Positions 28,568-32,000 of a stretch of 32,000 nucleotides of DNA are shown piece by piece. Location: the NCBI GenBank assembly GCA_002794465.1, contig MTSL01000135.1, positions 1-32,000 of the forward strand, in the 5' to 3' direction. Under the pieces are notes generated by a model. That model was not told the DNA's origin and did no database searches. It worked only from the letters and a program-made list of their open reading frames with translations. The stretch comes from Paramicrosporidium saccamoebae KSL3. Lineage: Eukaryota > Fungi > Cryptomycota. Both the position numbers and the translations under genes were made by a program. The stretch's first letter is position 1; the number at the start of each line of letters is the position of its first letter.

Positions 28568-28609
28568 TTAAGCAATACTAATGAATCGTTAAGCAATACT
28601 AATGAATCG
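28568..28609. repeat. Perfect 21-bp direct duplication in a convergent intergenic region
   Basis: TTAAGCAATACTAATGAATCG x2. Confidence 0.85.
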
Positions 28610-28716
28610 AACTATTAATTTGATGATATCGCTACTGTTTTGAAAATACCACAACCACTTGGCGATTTCTAGTGACTTTTGGTAACCTTTGAGCTTCCCG
28701 TCCCATTCTATCGTTG

Positions 28717-29598
28717 CTATTGCACACGAGTAAAGACGCGGTCAATGAAGAGGGTGGCCGATTCAATAATATCAGCCGACTTTGTTGGTTGCGTTCTAGT
28801 GTTTCTTCCCTCCAATGCAGCCATGGCCAAGGTTCGGGCAACAAGCTCGACAGACGAGAATGCATCGTCGTTGGCTGGGATGGGATAGGTCACCGAGGTT
28901 GGGTCAAAGTTGGTGTCACAGATGGCAATGGTCGGAATGTTGCCCTTCTGGGCCTCCTGCACCGCCATCTCGTTGGTCACTGGGTCAAGAAGTATTAGCA
29001 GATCAGGGGTAAGCTTGTCACTTCGCAGCACTTGGTTCCTATTGGTAATGGTTCCTCCCACCCACCGCATGTTGACGTAATGTTGATTGCACTCTTGTGC
29101 GCACTCATAGGTCAGCCGTTGGATATTCTCACCAGTCCCAACAAACACAATCACTCCTCCCCTTGCGGCAATGTCGGTGATAACATTGCACGCCTGTCGG
29201 AGGGCCACAATAGTCTTTTCCAAGTCGATTATGTGGATGCCTGCACGTTCTCCGAAAATGAAGGGGGCCATGCGGGGATTCCACTTGGCTGTCGCATGTC
29301 CCAAATGCATGGAGCATGACATCATCTGTCTGATGGTTACTGCGTCTCGGGCAGTCTGCACATTGAAATTTGGACTGTAAGTGGGGTCAAGGCCCGCTTT
29401 GGTGGAGACGGCGCTGCCTGTAGCAGAGAGTATTTCGAGAAGCTTCGACTGACTCTTTTGTATCACGCTCTGCTTTGCATCCCTGCTAATGGATTCGAGA
29501 AAGTTGGAACGCCGTTCTAAGAAATGGCCAAGATTTAGGTTCTTGCTATACAAGCGCCGACTCATACAAGGCTCGTCTGTGATTGGCCATGCGGCCAT
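28717..29598 (-). CDS. MRP4: Mitochondrial ribosomal protein uS2m (about 293 aa)
   Basis: MHLGHATAKWNPRMAPFIFGERAGIHIIDL, RWVGGTITN, PDLLI and PTIAICDTN..VTYPIPANDD. Start is ATG 29598 or 29565. Confidence 0.92.
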   Translation of the reverse strand: MAAWPITDEPCMSRRLYSKNLNLGHFLERRSNFLESISRDAKQSVIQKSQSKLLEILSATGSAVSTKAGLDPTYSPNFNVQTARDAVTIRQMMSCSMHLGHATAKWNPRMAPFIFGERAGIHIIDLEKTIVALRQACNVITDIAARGGVIVFVGTGENIQRLTYECAQECNQHYVNMRWVGGTITNRNQVLRSDKLTPDLLILLDPVTNEMAVQEAQKGNIPTIAICDTNFDPTSVTYPIPANDDAFSSVELVARTLAMAALEGRNTRTQPTKSADIIESATLFIDRVFTRVQ

Positions 29599-29975
29599 GG
29601 GCGATTTTTCTGCTGTTCTGAACAGTTTTTCCACTGTTCATCATCATTGATGGGTTATTACAGAACTCTGCGATTTCTAGCGGAAAAGTCGTTCTAAAAA
29701 TGGCCAAAATTCAGATTCTTGCTATACAAGCGCCGACTTGCAAGACTCGTTTGTGATTGGCCATGCTGTTATGGACATTTTTTCCACTATTCATCATCAT
29801 TGATAATATATTACAGAACTCTGCGATTTCTAGCGGAAAATTCGTTCTAAAAATGGCCAAAATTCAGATTCTTGCTATACAAGCGCCGACTTGCAAGACT
29901 CGTTTGTGATTGGCCATGCTGTTATGGACATTTTTTCTGCTGTTCATCATTGACGGAACACTGCAGGACTCTGCA
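29514..29975. repeat. Three diverged tandem copies (spacing 177 and 153 bp) of the uS2m/IRE1 head-to-head junction
   Basis: GTTCTAA anchors at 29514, 29691 and 29844. Shared CTTGCTATACAAGCGCCGACT and GTGATTGGCCATGC blocks. Confidence 0.9.
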
Positions 29976-32000
29976 ATTCCCAGCATTGAACGGAGCTATG
30001 CAGAATCGTCGTCAATGCTGCAGCCGGCGGGAATTCAGGGCCTTCCACAGTCTGCAGTAGCGAGCAGACTCTTGTTGGTGGCCACGCTGGACGGCACCCT
30101 GCATGCCTTTGACCGATACTCTGGTGTACGCTACTGGGAAAATGGCCAGCTCGGAGGCCCAATGGTTACGGCACAATATCCACAAGGATTAGAATCAAAG
30201 GGGGCAGTGTACTTGGTAGAACCGCATGGGGCTGGTAACCTATATGCATACCTACCGGGCACTGGAATCAAGGTTAGTGCAATGTATGTATTGATCCTGT
30301 AGAGATTGCCCGTGTCAGTAAAGGGACTGGTGAATCAGTCTCCGTTACGATGGCCTGATGGAACATATTTCTTGGGAAAAAAAGCGACCACCTCTTACGC
30401 CTTGGATATTTCGACGGGGATGCTGCTCTACAGCTATACATTTTCCGGAGATGTCTGTCCCACTGCCAAGGCACTGGAAAACTTTGCTGGAGACGTGAAA
30501 AAGTCGGCAGTACTGATTGTACGATCAGAGTTTCAACTGCTAAGCTTTCCTCCAACGCCAGAGCCCTTGCAGGGTGAGTCTTGGAAGCTGGAATATTCAG
30601 AGTATGGCGGATTCGTCAACCCATTTACTTCCCCTCCTCCCCCCACACATGACCATTTTGAGGAGCACATATTCTACTCCTCGTTCAATGGGATCATTGC
30701 GGCCAAGGACAAAGAGTCGAATCAAATCATGTGGGTTCGTCAGCTGTCCACGGCGGCAATCGGCTTTTTTAAGCTGTCGGAATCGCTTGCACAGACAGGG
30801 CCCACCCTCATTCCCATCCCCATTGGACGCTCCGGGCTGAACTTTGCTCTAGATTCCGAAGCCTCTGCAGGTGAGGAAATTGTAAATATTGGAGATTATA
30901 ACGGCACGCTATATGTTCTCTCTGGCGGGTTGTTTCCATTTTATAGGCAAAAAGATGTTTTCACTTCTTCAGATAGGGAAGAGTTTGGTGACCCTGATGT
31001 TAATCAAAAACAGCTGGTTCCATTTACTGCACTCGATGTCGGCCACACCGGTGACATGTATACGACGGGACAAGACTGTCGTCCTGGCAGTCCTGATTTC
31101 CCAAAATGTCTGATCGGGAGCCGAGTTGCACAAATTCTACAGCCTGTGCCGTTGTTAGGGGATGGTACTGTCAAGAACAATTACTCCAAGGTTACGATTG
31201 CACTGCTGGTTGTTGTGCTGTCGTCCCTTGGACTCTGGTGGCTGGCCAGGAGACGCCGCGTCCCAACGATTGTTACTGATCCGAGTATTCTTGGCTCGAG
31301 GCCGCCTGGATTTGAGGAAATATCCATCAGTTCGGCCGATGTGTTTTATTCGGCCCAAAGCGCCGTTCTAGACCATTCCCTGCCTCGGTCATTTACAGTG
31401 ACTGACCAGGTGATTGGCTACGGCAGCCATGGCACCGTCGTTTTTAAGGGCGTTTATGACAATCGACCAGTGGCAATTAAACGAATGTTGGCTGATTTCT
31501 ATGACCTGGCGGGGCATGAGGTGAATCTCTTGCAACAGTCGGATCATCATCCAAACGTCATTCGCTATTTCTGTCGCGAAAGGACAGAAAAGTTTTCATA
31601 TATTGTCCTTGAATTGTGCTCGTGTTCTCTGGCCGAGCTTATTGAAGATTCCAGCTCCCGATGGTTAGAGCTGAGGGACGAATTGCTTGCTAACCCGCAA
31701 GATTTGCTGCGACAGATTACCGAGGGCTTGGGGCATTTGCATGAGATGAAGCTGGTACATCGGGATATCAAGCCGCACAATATTTTGGTTACCCCGCAAC
31801 ATCGGGTGGTTATTAGTGATTTTGGACTGGGAAAGAAGCTTGCAGACGATCAGAGTTCGTTCCATCCCACCGTCCAGGCTGGCACGGTTGGTTGGCGAGC
31901 ACCTGAAAGTATTCTTAGTGAAGAGGCGGAGCAGCTTGCCAAACTATCAAGCTCGCTGGCTGCTGGTGTCAAGATTTCAAAGAATGTGGACATTTTTGCA
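29916..32000 (+). CDS. IRE1: ER stress sensor kinase/RNase, 3'-partial; intron 30273-30302
   Basis: Signal peptide, luminal LVATLDGTLHAFD and RLPVSVKGLVNQSP, TM VTIALLVVVLSSLGLWWLARRRR, and kinase GYGSHGTVVFKG..VAIKR..SDHHPNVIRYF..HRDIKPHNIL..SDFGL..GTVGWRAPE. The frame is open to the window end by manual translation. Confidence 0.95.

Noticed and set aside
29514-29975. Triplication as a pure assembly artefact
   Set aside because: The copies differ by multiple substitutions and indels (177 versus 153 bp spacing), which is unlike duplicated reads. Read confirmation is still needed.
142-31865. TTG/GTG/CTG starts given by the ORF track, and operon-style interpretation
   Set aside because: The DNA is eukaryotic with spliceosomal introns. 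Gene starts were reassigned to ATGs, and adjacent ORF fragments are exons.

Overview
Eukaryotic, highly compact, fungal-like genome segment. I call 28 protein-coding genes, one of them cut by the window end. There are 15 hand-inferred spliceosomal mini-introns of 26-35 nt, and divergent start codons lie as close as 33-46 bp. Conserved genes: Sho1-like SH3 membrane protein, UBAP1, CHO2, PDA1, RAB3GAP2-like, POL12, SSSCA1/ZNRD2, eIF5A, UTP17/WDR75, RIB7-like, RFC4, FCP1, WBP2-like, PEX5, SmG, mitochondrial uS2 and a partial IRE1. Extreme compaction with retained mitochondrial and peroxisomal genes suggests (inference only) an early-diverging Rozellomycota-type parasite such as Paramicrosporidium. 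The most interesting signal is seven intronless signal-peptide genes: a secreted Ser/Thr kinase with a basic N-terminal repeat, a four-gene co-oriented cluster at 8.9-11.4 kb, and two further unlinked genes. Two of the seven (9478.. and 18519..) share a P-E-W-x4-L-[KR]-K-T motif that matches the spacing of the beta-thymosin/WH2 actin-binding motif, so they are candidate host-manipulating effectors. Also noted: a possible TTATGG-type telomere at base 1, a triplicated uS2m/IRE1 junction that creates an IRE1 uORF, intergenic decayed copies of gene ends, and a dispersed 33-39 bp element. No rRNA, tRNA, CRISPR array or transposon was recognised. All homology calls are from remembered motifs, not searches.
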